NCBI GenBank assembly: GCA_973895155.1
Contig: OZ316899.1
Coordinates: 8,435,241-8,499,240, forward strand
Source: Marsupella aquatica
Taxonomy: Eukaryota > Plantae > Marchantiophyta
Reading direction: 5' to 3'
Length of the DNA: 64,000 nt
Below are positions 24,956 through 36,909 of this stretch, one piece after another. The translations under genes were made by a program, and so were the position numbers. The notes under the pieces were generated by a model. It was not told the origin of the DNA, ran no database searches, and saw nothing but the letters and a program-made list of their open reading frames with translations. Positions within the stretch are counted from its first letter, which is position 1, and every line of letters starts with the position of its first letter.

Positions 24956-25409
24956 CCTAGTTTTGTTTTGACTAATATGTTTCCTATGAGTATGGTTATA
25001 CTGTGTCTATACTATACGACTGAGTTGGGTCTTTAATTTTCTCCAAGATGAGTTCTTGAGGTTCGTAAGGTCTTCAGCGTAAGTCGTCGGGGTGGGAGCT
25101 TGGCGTATGAGTGGTGTATTGTTAGGATGTCCAATCGAGTCGTCAGGTGCAGCTCGATTCGTTGTGTTGTTCCGTGTCTTTGAACATCCGTCTCTCAGGT
25201 GAGTCGCCTTCGCACCTTATTGTGGCCTTTGTGGTGGTGGCTTGTTAAGTGTTGGCGATCTGCATCACAATAACGGTGATGGACAAAGAAGGAAAGAAGA
25301 TGAAGTGAAATGTATGAACGGAGTTGTGAACCTCTAGTATGGGCTGTTGCTGTTGGGTCCGTTCGTCATTAGTTGGATTTTGCGTGCTGGCATTTGCAGT
25401 TTATGTGCT

Positions 25410-27180
25410 TTTTGTTAAGGATTGTATGTCCTGGCTTTCTTGGAGTAATATGGATAGCTTTTTCATACCTATTCCAGCGACGTGGTCTCTATGAGTTCCA
25501 GCAGGTAGAGGTTTTGTGAATATATCTGCCCTGTTATCCTGTGATCAAATCCATTCTACTTGTATGTTCTTGCCTTGCTGTTCTTACGTAAAGAAGAACT
25601 TGGGATCAATACGCTTGGTTCTTTTGGTTGTCATAATGCCGTTGACGATTTGGTCTATGCAGGCTTTGTTATCCTCATAGATTATTGTGGGTTTGGTTAT
25701 CTTCGACTTTCCCGTGCTGGTCCTGATGTGGTTAATGATACTTCGTAACCATAGGGCTTCTCTGCATGCCTCGTATAATGCTATGACTTCAGAATGATTT
25801 GATGATGTGGTTGTCATCGTTTGCTTTGTGCTACGCCAAGATATTGCAGTCGTGCCTTGCAAGAAGACATAGCCAGTTTGAGATTTTGAGTCTTGGGGGT
25901 CAGATAAGTATCCAGTGTCTGTGTATCCGATAAGGTTGTCGGGGCTGTCTTTCGAGAAGAAAAGGCCCAGGTCGGGGGTGCCTTGGAGGTACCTAAATAT
26001 CCTTTTGATGCCATTCCAGTGGCGGATTGTCGGTTGTGCGCTGTGTCTTGCAAGGAGACTAACTGAGAATGAGATATCAGGCCGTGTGTGATTTGCTAGG
26101 TACATTAGCGCTCCCACAGCAGATAGATAGGGTTTTTCCAAGCCTAATATAGGTTCGTGATCTTGTCTGCGTCTGAACATATCTTTTGCTGGGTCAAGGG
26201 ACCGGAGTTCCATTGGTGTGGAGACCGGGTGTGATAGGTGCATGTTGAACTGTTTGATAATCTTTTGTGTGTATGTTGATTGGTAGATAAAGGTGCCATT
26301 CTGGAGGTGCTCAAATTGTAATCCTAAGCAATATGTTGGTTCGCCCAGGTCTTTCATTTCGAACACTCCTTTCAGGGTTCTGATAGTCTCTTTGATAATT
26401 GTGGGTGTCCCAAACAGGTTCACATCGTCGACGTACAGTGCTAATATAATGAATTCGTCGTTCCTTTGTTTGATAAAGAGACATGGGGCAATATTGTTGT
26501 TGGTGAATCCAAGGTTGATCATCTCTATTTTAAACTTCTTGTACCACATTTTTCTGCTCTGTTTAAGGCCATTTATGGAGCGTAATACTTTTACGGCTAA
26601 TGTCGGTTTGTCAGATCCTGTATTTCCAGGGGTTTTCTTATGCTTGTCTTGTGTATGTCCACTGTGCATAAGGAGCATTTTAACCGTTTCATCAGGTATG
26701 ATCTTTCGTATACCCAACTTGATATCTGGGCTCAGGTTCTGGTACGTCTCCCCTTGAGTATAGTGTTTCACTCTCTGGATCAATTTGTGAGGTGCTTTCA
26801 TGTAAATGTCTGTGTCCAGAGTGCCATAAAGGTACGCAATTACCACGTCCATTAAATTGTTGATAAGTTTATGTTGTATGGAGAAAGTAATAAGGTATCT
26901 GTATGTGATCGCGTCCATGACGGGTGAATATGTGAGGTCATAATCCCTGCTTGGTATTTGTGTATACCCTTTGGCTACTAGTCTTGCTCTGTATCTTATT
27001 ACTTCTCCTTTCGCATTCCGTTTTCTAATGAATGTGAATCGGGATTCTGTGTAGTTGTTACCTGTGGTGCCGGTATAAGTGGTCCGAAGACCTGTCTTTT
27101 GATGAGGGCGTCCATCTCCGTGTTGATGGCCTCTTGCCATTTCGGCCAATCTGTTCTTTGTTGAGCTTCTTTCATAGTAA
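25410..27180 (-). pseudogene. Copia reverse transcriptase plus RNase H
   Basis: RYRARLVAKGYTQ, LALYVDDVNL, FEMKDLG, TRPDISFSVS, GYTDTGYLSDP, SSNHSEVIAL and IYEDNKAC. Confidence 0.95.
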
Positions 27181-27699
27181 GTGGGTCTGGTGTATCACTT
27201 TCTATTTCTTGTGCTATATGATATACAAACTTTTTGTTTATTTCTGTGGTCTGTCGTTGGTATATCTGGCCAGTGTTTTGATATTTGATCGAGATTTCTT
27301 CATTATCGTGGCTTTGGGAGTTTGTTGGTGCTGAGTGTACGATACTTAATGTTGTGACAGGATTTGTAGCCGGGGTTCTTTTCTGTCATGGATGGTTGTC
27401 TTTTGCTCCTGGGGGTCTTCCCCGTTTTGCTCTCGGTGCTGTTTCAGAAGCGGGGGTCTTGGAGGTCTGCACTCGTGCAGGTACATTGGCTGCTTCTACA
27501 TGTGACCTGGTCACGTTCGCTGCATCATTGAATGAGTCTGGAATTTTCTCTAGCATCTCATTGAGGTGGATGATTCGTCTGACTTCTTCATCTGCTCTTT
27601 TGGTTCTTGGGTCTTGGTGGATGAGGTTTAGATTATTCCAATTGAGGTTCTGTTGGATCTGGTTGTATAATGTTGCGTCTGTTGATAGTGTTGGGAATT

Positions 27700-29076
27700 T
27701 GTCTTCGTAGAAATGGCAGTCTTGGTGTCGAGCTTTGAATAGATTTGATGTGGTAGGTTCAAGGTATCGGATAATGGATGTGGAATCAAATCCTACATAT
27801 ATGTCGGGGTGTCTAGGGGGGCAATTTTTGTCCTTTTAGGTCCTAAGGTTGGGACCATAACTTTGCATCCGAATATTCGTAAGTGTGATAAATCCGGTGG
27901 CGTTCCTAATGCCAAATGATATGGGGTCTTTGAGTTATATGTAGACGGTCTATATTTGAGTAGTGTTGATGCATGTAGGATAGCATGTCCCCAGGCGGAT
28001 AGTGGTAAGTTCGAGTGCATTAACATTGGTCTTGCAACCATTTGTAGTCGTTTAATAACCAATTCGGCTATGCCATTTTGGAAGTGTACATGTGGGACTG
28101 AGTATTGGGTATCGATTCCAGCTGCCCAGCAGAAGTCATCGAAGGCTTTCGAAGTGAATTCTCCTGCTCCATTGACTCTTAGTATACGTGTGGGGTGCTC
28201 AGGGAACTGAGCTCTTAATTTTAAAATGTGGGCCAATATTCTTGCAAAGACCAAGTTGCGTGTTGAGAGTAGGGAGATCTGTGACCATTTAGTTGAGGAG
28301 TCAATGAGTACTAGGAAGTACTTGAATGGGCCACTAGGAGGGTCAATAGGGCCGCAGATATCCGCATTGAGTTGTTCTAAGAAGTTGGGGATTTTATATT
28401 TGGTTTTCGGGATCGATGGGCGTGTTATCATTTTGCCTTGCGAGCAGGCCATACATTGTGTCTTCCTGGCATTGGGTTTGGCCATCTTGGGGATTCCTGT
28501 GGAGTCTCTGATAATTCTGCTGTACATGTTAGTTCCAGGGTGACCGAGTCTGCAATGCCAGGTATGTGTTATGTCGGATGTGTTTTGTTCGATGTTGTAT
28601 GCTTGGATAGGAGCTGCATATAGGCCAGGTGGTATTAAGGGTAATATCTCCAAAATTTGTGGTATGCCTTCCTTGTCTTGGAGTATTTGTAGGGTTTCGG
28701 TTTCACCTTGTTTTTTTGTTCTCAATTGATATTGATTAGCGCGTATGTCTTGGAAGCTGATCAGGTTTTGTGTAGCTGTTGGGGCATATATTGCAGCTGC
28801 TATATCTATTTTGGTTCCTCCTGGGAGTAGAATTTTTGCTTTACCTTTGCCTTCTTCGATTTGGTTGGGTCCGGCGATTGTAGTTAGTGTTCTCGAGGAT
28901 GGGGTGATATATTTGAAGTATTTATTATGTTTTAGTATCGTATGTGAGGTTCCGCTGTCGATGATGCCTATATTGGGGTCATTAAATGGTGAGTGCTGCA
29001 GGTTTGGTGTGGCTGTATGTGTTTCTATTTGAACTTTGGTTTCTTTGTATGCTGCGATGTCCTCTTCGATTTCCAT
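27700..29076 (-). pseudogene. Copia protease, GAG-pre-integrase and integrase
   Basis: IIDSGTSHTIL, WHCRLGHPG...CMACSQGK, and ADICGPIDPPSGPFKYFLVLIDSSTKWSQISLLSTRN (Bianca-like signature). Confidence 0.93.
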
Positions 29077-29149
29077 GTAGTTGCCTTGTGGAGTGTGTCT
29101 CGTTTGGTTTCTTTCATTAGTATATCATTGTGCCTCCTAGTCTGATGCT

Positions 29150-30015
29150 TTGCAGTCTTTCCTAATGTGGCCTATCTTGCCGCATCTATAACATAGTTTT
29201 TGATGGTTGCTTGTGGTCTTGTTTTGGAGGTTTCACCATCTTCCCCTGCCTGAGTTCGGTCCACGTTTCCATGTGTTGCGAGGTGGTAGGAACGTACGAC
29301 TGCTCGACGGGTGGTATCGTCCTTGTCCCCTGAATTTTCCTCTTCCTCCCCTATATGTTGTTCGGCCTCCATTGTTTCCTTGTCTGTCGTCGTTATAGCT
29401 GCCATAATTTGCTTCTGGCCGATGGGGTGGTGGATCAGATCCTGCTGGTCTTTTTCTTGCATTATGAAGTGCTACGATTTGTTGTTTCTCTTCCACTAAT
29501 AAGTGGGCTATAAGGTCCGAATAAGTCATAAAATTCATATTTCGGTATTGGGTTCCCAGTGCTATGTTGGCTTCTGGGAATGTTGACAATGTTTTGTCAA
29601 TTCGGTCGTTATCGTTTACTAGGTGGCCACACATTTCAAGTTGAGATGTAATTCTAAATAATGCGCTGTTATAGTTTGCGATTGATGTGTGGTCCATGAC
29701 TCGCAGGTTATGCCAGTCCCTTCGTGCTTTGGGGAGCCATATTTCTCTCATATGATCAAATCTTGATTTGAGTTGGTCCCATAGCTTTCGTGGGTTTACC
29801 TCATTCATATATTCATTCTTCAGTTGTGGTGATAGGTGTTGTCTCAACAGGAATGCAGCTTTAGCTTTCTGTTTCAGAGTTAGATTTGCATCTGTATATA
29901 GTGTGTCGTCCAACTCTTGGGATGCAAAATATGTTTCGACATTTGTTATCCATGTCAAATAATTTGAACCATTGACTTTTAGTGCCGGCCAGAGCAGTTT
30001 CTCGACTGTATTCAT
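29150..30015 (-). pseudogene. Copia gag
   Basis: LKVNGSNYLTW...NPRKLWDQLKSRF...YNSALFRITSQL followed by an RGG-rich tail; a degenerate knuckle lies near 29150-29190. Confidence 0.88.
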
Positions 30016-30942
30016 CGTCGATTATATATTGGAGGCCGACTTGATGTCTTCTATAATTGTAATATTTTGCACATTGTTGGTTGCGGATCGGAATTTGATT
30101 TAATTTTGTCTCTGTCTTGTCTCAATCGTGTTTGATCTTGGCATTCACTTTGGATTTCTATTGGGTCTTTGATGTGCGAAAGAAAGGGATAAAAGAAATG
30201 GAGACTACGCATCTAAGAGATTGACTACTATGAGTAGGTAAAACAAATTCTGGAATCTGCTTGGTGGGTCAAGATTGGTAGTCTGGATCGCAATCAAGAA
30301 ACTCGACCACGCGGACTACCTCAAGGAGCATCAGTTGGAGCAGTTTTCTCACTTGCTATGGAGACCGTGCGCGGCCGGGCCCAAGGAGATTTGTGAGTTC
30401 ATCTCCAATTTTGACACTGACGCATCGACCACCAAGGTTTCAGGACAGACCTTATCACTTACAAAGCATCGGATGGCACAGATCTTCTGCCTGCCAACCG
30501 GGCCGGTGCCGGTTGAACTCCGAATTCGGGATAAGGAGTATACACCTCGGCACTTCAAACCCGAAGGTAAGACGGACAACGGATACAAGCAGGGGTCGTG
30601 CACCAACTTAATCTACATGGAGCGGCTTAACTTCATACGGACTACCCTACACATGATTGAGCCACGATCCGAGATCTCCCTCTGCATGATCGTGCAGGTG
30701 GAACAGTACAAACGGCGGAACTGGGCCCAATTCTTTTACCAAAGGTTCTCGGGGGAGCTTAAGCGGGCTCAGGGAGGTATGGCTATTGGGGGGAAGACTT
30801 ACTTGGGAAGTCATATCGCCATCATCCTTGCCTGGTACAAGGCACGGCGGGAGGCCAGAGGAAAGAATATGGCCACCTCAGCCCCGACTAATGTCACCCC
30901 CGCTCCAAGGGAGGCATCCCTGAGCGAGCGGACTATCGTGCC

Positions 30943-33900
30943 TGTGAGTAGTGGGTAATACCAAAAAACTGAAATTATTGAAAAAATTTGAACTTTTTAC
31001 GGTTTACAAACCTGCTGTTGCTATTAAAGTGCCAAGTGTAAACCTTATTCCAACTTAGTTACGAGTACTCTATTATGCGTTTATGCGTATACGAGTTACG
31101 GGTTTACGGGTTTACGGGTTACGCCAATACGGGTTACGGCCTACGCCTTACGCATTTAAGGAAAGTGTACGTTACGGCGCTACGGCTAACTTTGCAATGG
31201 GACTTAGCAACGGATCGGGGACTTCATACCTTGATAGGAATCAAGCATAGAGTTCAGGCGCTCACTCCTGTCTTTTCACCACCCCTATTCACTTGCTCTT
31301 TCCCTTTGAAAGCAACCTTTGGAGCACGCAAATCACTGTCGCAGCTATGACGAACCTGGGTGCTGAGGAACAATATCAAATTGAAGCTCTAGCAGTCTCA
31401 AAAGTAGTGGCAGCTCGTATACCATGAGCGCCTGATAGTCTTTCTAATTTACAAGACTCCTTACAGCACTTAGGATTGGAGCGCTTGCTCAAGATCCCCT
31501 GGAATGTCGAGCTCGACTCCTACTTGTAGGATTTTGTAAAGGGGACTATCATCCCGATTGAATTTAGGCGAACGATTCGAGCTCGCCCCAGCTTGTGGAC
31601 TGTTGAGCAAATTGCTTACGCCTTTGGATGCCCGTCAAAAGAAGAGGCGTTGTATTCCAAGAAACAGGACTTATCTACTCCATACTTCTCAGGAACTCGA
31701 AATTCCAAGAATGGTTGAAACTTGTCCCAGTGTACTTATCCTAAATTGAGAGTACTCATAGAATTTCTGGTACCCATTCTTCATCCGAAAAAGCCAACTC
31801 TCTATCTTGTGGCCTTGGCTAACACTATTGTAGCTGCTCACAGTGGAGCTATAAAAGTAAATTGGGCCCTACTTCTGTTTAATGTAATGAAGGATCAAGT
31901 AAGGAGCTTGGAAGCCGGGAGGACCACTTGCTTACAGAATTATCTCTCTCAGCTCTATTATGCCCATGACTGTTTACATCTTGAGGAAGAGACAGAGAGG
32001 GGGTTACTCCTGATTGACCTGGGTATTGAAGAAGAAATTCCCATGGAAGACATTGTACATGTCACCCCATTGAATTCGAATGATCAGAACGTTGAGGAGA
32101 ATGCTGATGTTCCTATGGAGGATACTTCATTAGAAGTCCCTACACATTCTCCTATGCATAGCAGGGAAGTCGATTACCATCCAATGAGTGATGAGCATTC
32201 TCCCAGTCGGACCATAAGTGCAGATCCACTAGACGACGAAGGAGTAAGGAGCATTCATCAACAAGACGATGTTGTTACACCAACTGATGCTACTCCTCAT
32301 GTGACCACCAGGTCCACTCCTTCGAAGGCAGAGTCGAATCAGCAGCTTATTGATAAGTTGACCTCTCTCCTCAGTTGCAGTGATGATGGACTATATGATG
32401 CTGTCAATAATTTGAGAATGGAGGCTGTTAGTTTGAGATCACCATTTCATGATCAGCTAAGTCCTATCAGAATGACCTCTCCCCCAAGATAACCAGCACC
32501 AATGGAGTTCGTGATCTGTACCCCTGCCCCTGTACAGCCCCCTTCCCTAGAAACAAGTGAACCTGTTCCAGTAGCAGGTAGTACCAGCTGTGTGGCCATT
32601 GTGGATGACTTGCTAGAAATACTTCAGTGTGAACCTTGACAGATAGCATCCGTGGTCAGCAACTTGATCCAACAATGTCCAACTACTAGTCCCATTCTTA
32701 GCCCAGATTCACGACGCTACAGTCTAGATTCCAACTACGAACCCACAAAAGGACCCACCTAGACTCGGTCACAGTATGAGCACCCTTACGTCAAAGAGGA
32801 TCTACCTAAAGACTCTGATCCACCCTCAGATGGTGAAACTTATAGATCTTATGATAATTCTCTTGAGTCTCCCCAAGGCAGGGATTTGAAGATGTTGATA
32901 CTGCCTTAAGATCCAATCCAAACTTAGTAGCAGTTGTCACCTCATCTACTCAAACACCCCAGAATGCCACCATCGAGAGTAGATACCCAAGACACCCAGA
33001 GTCCCAAGTGCACAGGTATGTGGAGACCTGTAAGATTATGCAGGCCAACAGACCACCGGTTGGAGAGTTCTGGAGATACTACTATCTCAAGAAGACAAAG
33101 GCAAGTTATATCTTCGACCTCGGGTGTTTTGGAACTTCCAGAGTGGAGATGGCATAATTTGATGAGTTCTGGACTGACTCTCTCTATTTCCGGCCTATTC
33201 TTGCTGTGATGCTACTTTAGGGTGATGTAGAGGTGGAGGATCCAGATTTAGTTCTGGCATATTTTGGAAATTTGGCAGCTTATGCCCTAGATTTTGTGGT
33301 TTCTTTTCTCATGCAGAGTAAGAAATCTACTTCTCCCCAGAACGCTTACCTTCCTCGAGAACCCAAGGTTACCCTTGTTTCAACCAGCTCATTTGCTGAG
33401 AAACAGAGGATCTGGAACAATGTCACCTCTCAAACTCTGGCCAACTTCAACCGATATTTCAGAGATGTCAAATGGAGGCTTCACCCTTTCTATTCCAGAT
33501 GCTGAACTCTGATGACTTCCTATACCATTATCCCCAAGTATATGCTACTACTTGTAATAACTATGATGTGATTGGGATATATAGAGAAGCTCTTCAAATA
33601 GACATATGTTATCTAAGGAAGAGAATGCCCCTGATGTATCCTGAAAGGCAACTGAGATGCCTACCCTACTCTCGAGGATCCCCACACCAGGCTGAACTAA
33701 TGGAAGTTATACAAAATCAAACTATCACAGCAGTGGAGCTACTCGAACCAGAAGACATCCGACAACAAGCTTGAGGAGTAGTCTAAGTGTTTTTAGTTAG
33801 TTTTAAGAATAGTGCATCTCTCCCTATTTTTCAAAATGTGTTCTAGAGCTTTAAAAGCTGTCATACTTCTTTAGTATATAGTCTGTACCTAGGAAAATCT

Positions 33901-34964
33901 GCTGGAAAAATCTCAGAGTTTTCTGACTTATAGTTAGGAAGTTAGAAATAGTTGAATTCGATAAGTTTTTAGTTGTACCGCAATTACGGATTACGGCTTA
34001 CGTTTTTATGCTTTTACGAGTTTACACCTTTATGCTTTTATGCTTTTACGGCTTCTTACTTAGCCATTTTCTAGCTTTCCACTTACTGAATTGCTATTTT
34101 GACTTTTTGAGGAGGATGAAGAGGCATGTCTCTTCGACCCTATGACCTCTTACTCTGTAGATTTTTACTATAAGACCCCTCCACCACTAGTGTAGTTTAT
34201 GGTTAAGTTATGCATTTTTGCCTCTTCTTTGTGTTAAACTAGTTGATCATGAATCTATGAGTTCGAGATCAGGTTTAACATTTGGAGAGACTTGCCTCCT
34301 TCTTGTGTTTCTATCTCTGATTAATAACACAGGAAGTAAAATTCCTTTTGTGCAAATCTTTGGAGTTGTGATGATAGATTCCTTTTGGTGACTCATTGTA
34401 ATCTCCTGAGTTCTTAGAGTTAACTCATTGAGTTTAAGCCTTATTGAAATTGATGGATTTTCTTTCGTGTTGCTTAGTACCATCTAAATGTTGAAGTAGT
34501 CGCTCTTTTAGATCTTGTCTGAGTACCACTTAGAAAGAAAGGATAAGACGTGTTGACGGCACTATAAAAGAGTATCTAGTAAGCATTTTAGATCTGAAAA
34601 GCAATATGGATTTGAATCCTTAAGTCTTTTCATTTTGACTTATATCTAAGGAGCAACCTTGGTCTATTCCAGACTCCCTTAGCATACTTTAAGATATTTT
34701 CCCTTGTGTTTGGTTAATCATTCCCTTTTCATTAATTTATGGTTATCCAATGTTGAGTTATCATTGAAAACTACTCACCGCTGTGGAGCGATCCTCAAAA
34801 TACCTTAGTAAAGTAATCAAACTTGATTACTATACGTGGAAAACATTTTAAGTCTATTATTGTTATTTAAATCTATCAAACCAACCCCATCTTGTTCTTT
34901 ACGGGAACGAATACCGAGTTTGAAGACCATTAAGTGTGTTTTTGGTTCTTCATAGCAAACTACA
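30943..34964 (+). mobile_element. 4022-bp TG..CA unit (giant solo LTR) with a perfect 5-bp TSD GTGCC and an internal degenerate ORF
   Basis: gtgcc|TGTGAGTAG...GCAAACTACA|gtgcc. I see no internal direct repeat pair. Its ends are homologous to the unit at 55783-57540. Confidence 0.9.
31347..33774 (+). pseudogene. LTR-internal ORF homologous to the N-domains at 30275 and 53050
   Basis: LGLERLLKIPW...IAYAFGCP...SKNG*NLSQCTYPKLRVLIEFL...VNWA; multiple stops and frameshifts. Confidence 0.7.
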
Positions 34965-36909
34965 GTGCCTCAGCCAAACCCCGAGCCGGAGGCCCCGACT
35001 AGTACTCCGTCACCACCTCTTGCTGAAATTCCATCGCCCCCTTTCGTCGAGCCTCCGCTACCCGTAGTACAGCCACCCCCAATCCCTCCACCACCTGAAG
35101 AAACCTTTCCTCCCCAGTGCAGACTACAGAGGAGCTCACCACCTCGCCCGAGGAACCACTGGTACCCGAGAGGATGGAGGACTACCAAGTAGCCCCGGGG
35201 ACCATGGCCTACGACCTGGTCCAGAAGTTTAGTCAAACTCTGTCAGGGGAGCTGGCGACGTACATCGGACAACAAGTCTCGGCATACTTTCAACCAGCCT
35301 TCTTCATGTTAGAGCACCAACCACGGATTGTAAGCCGCTTGGAAGAAGAACTCATGACGAAGGGGAATGAGATCGGGGGCCTCCAAATGCTGGTAGAACA
35401 CCTTGAGGAGGAGGCCACTACCCGCTGTGAGGAGTTAGTCCGCACCGTCAAACAGCGGGACGGACTAACCTAGGAGTTGAGCAGGGTGCAAGCGGATCTC
35501 AAGAAGCTGGACGACACCGTGCTTCAGTTGCGCTCGGAATCCTCGGCTCGGGTTACCAGCCTGACCGACCTCAACAACCAATTCCTACAAGCAGCTCAGC
35601 AGGTGGCTAGTCTCTCCGCCGAACGGGATAAATTGTTGGCGCAAGACCAGACCCATTGTGACTCCATCGACCAGCTCAACCTGGAGGTAGCACGGCTCCA
35701 GACAGAGGTCGATGAAGCTGCAAACGAGGCGGAGGAGGCTATGCGGGACAACAAGGCCTTGCAGGACCGCATTACCCTGCTCGTCCTCCAGCGGGGAAGA
35801 CCTGGGCCCACCTCTGATCAAGGCGGCTCGAGGTCTCGCCCCGACAGGGGGACAAACCCTGGTCCGACCATGGCTTGCACGTAAGAGGTGGTTAGCGAAG
35901 GGTGGAAGCAGGCGCCGCGCAAGGCGGTTCAGTCAGCGACATCTTTTGGTTAGGCGTTATGACAGAATAGCTATCATTAGGCGCTGATTAGCGGCACAGT
36001 AGGAAGAATTAGGACCGGATCAGTTAGGATCAGCCAACGTAGGATAGAGTCCATCAACGGACTAGATTTTGGTCAGTAGACTTAGCTGCTGCCATTCCGG
36101 TCAGCGCCCTTGTCGTCGATGGTCAACCGGTCAGAGGAGTGCGGCCGGCTAGTCAGAGGGTAGTTAGTCAGTAGGCATTACCCCGGAAGGTAGTATCTTC
36201 CGGTTCCTTTTTGCAACCGTAGTATTTAGGCTTCCCTTTCCGTTGTGGGAGGGGGAGAAGGCTTAGTTATCTCAGCATAAGAAAAGGCGAGGCACGGGGA
36301 GTCCCGGCCTGAGCAGGGTCAGAGCGCACCAAGGAGTGAGAGTCAAAGTCGAGCTTGCTGGGCAAGTGCGAGGCGGGGCCTCATAGAGACTGGGCATCGA
36401 CTGCCGTTGGGCCTGCTGACCCCCTTAGAAGTCGAGTCAACTATGTAAACTGATTCTTTGCTAAGTAAATGTAGTCTTTTCCCTCTAATGTTTCCGCGAG
36501 TAACTGGTGTTGTGTGTATGCTTTGTCTGGGCAAAGGCGCCATTTCAAGGGACGTACCGGGTGCAGACTAATGGTAGGGATTTCCACCCATTGCATGTCA
36601 CAAGGTTCTGTCACGCCGATGGCTTGAAAGCCCCAAGCTGGGAGTTAGTCCGAGTCACTAACTATGGGAATATTCCAGCGGTGGAAAACAAATATACCTA
36701 TGACTAGTACGAGTTGCGTGAGTGTTATACCAGTAAGTATATTGCCTTAGCCCGACTTAGGGCCAATCGAGGCCACTACACACCTCCTTGCCCAAACCCT
36801 CACCCCTACTGGTGGTCAAGGTTGCCCCATGGAGCTAAACTGGATTTAAGGCCTGGGTTAGGGGCGCGACAAAATGCTTAGCCTGTGTGACCCTAGAAAG
36901 CTTATTTTT

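Larger units (their letters stand above)
24956..30270 (-). mobile_element. Ty1/Copia LTR retrotransposon, Bianca-like; LTRs not resolved and 5' end apparently deleted
   Basis: gag-PR-INT-RT-RH order on the minus strand. Confidence 0.88.
30275..35884 (+). pseudogene. Retroelement accessory ORF (plant mobile/Transposase_32-like N-domain, Pro-rich linker, coiled coil), split by the insertion at 30943-34964
   Basis: The frame continues ERTIVP|QPNPEPEAP across the GTGCC TSD. A heptad-rich C-terminus spans 35300-35800. Confidence 0.78.
30270..36871 (+). mobile_element. Left-truncated ORF-bearing LTR-like unit ending ...ggggcgcgaca; inserted in the 3' end of the L1
   Basis: One accessory ORF and no gag/pol. 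The LTR-type CA terminus at 36871 abuts L1 sequence. Confidence 0.6.

Noticed and set aside
30196-30200. aaatg as the left TSD matching 36872-36876
   Set aside because: It is not followed by TG and lies in what looks like the Copia leader; probably chance.
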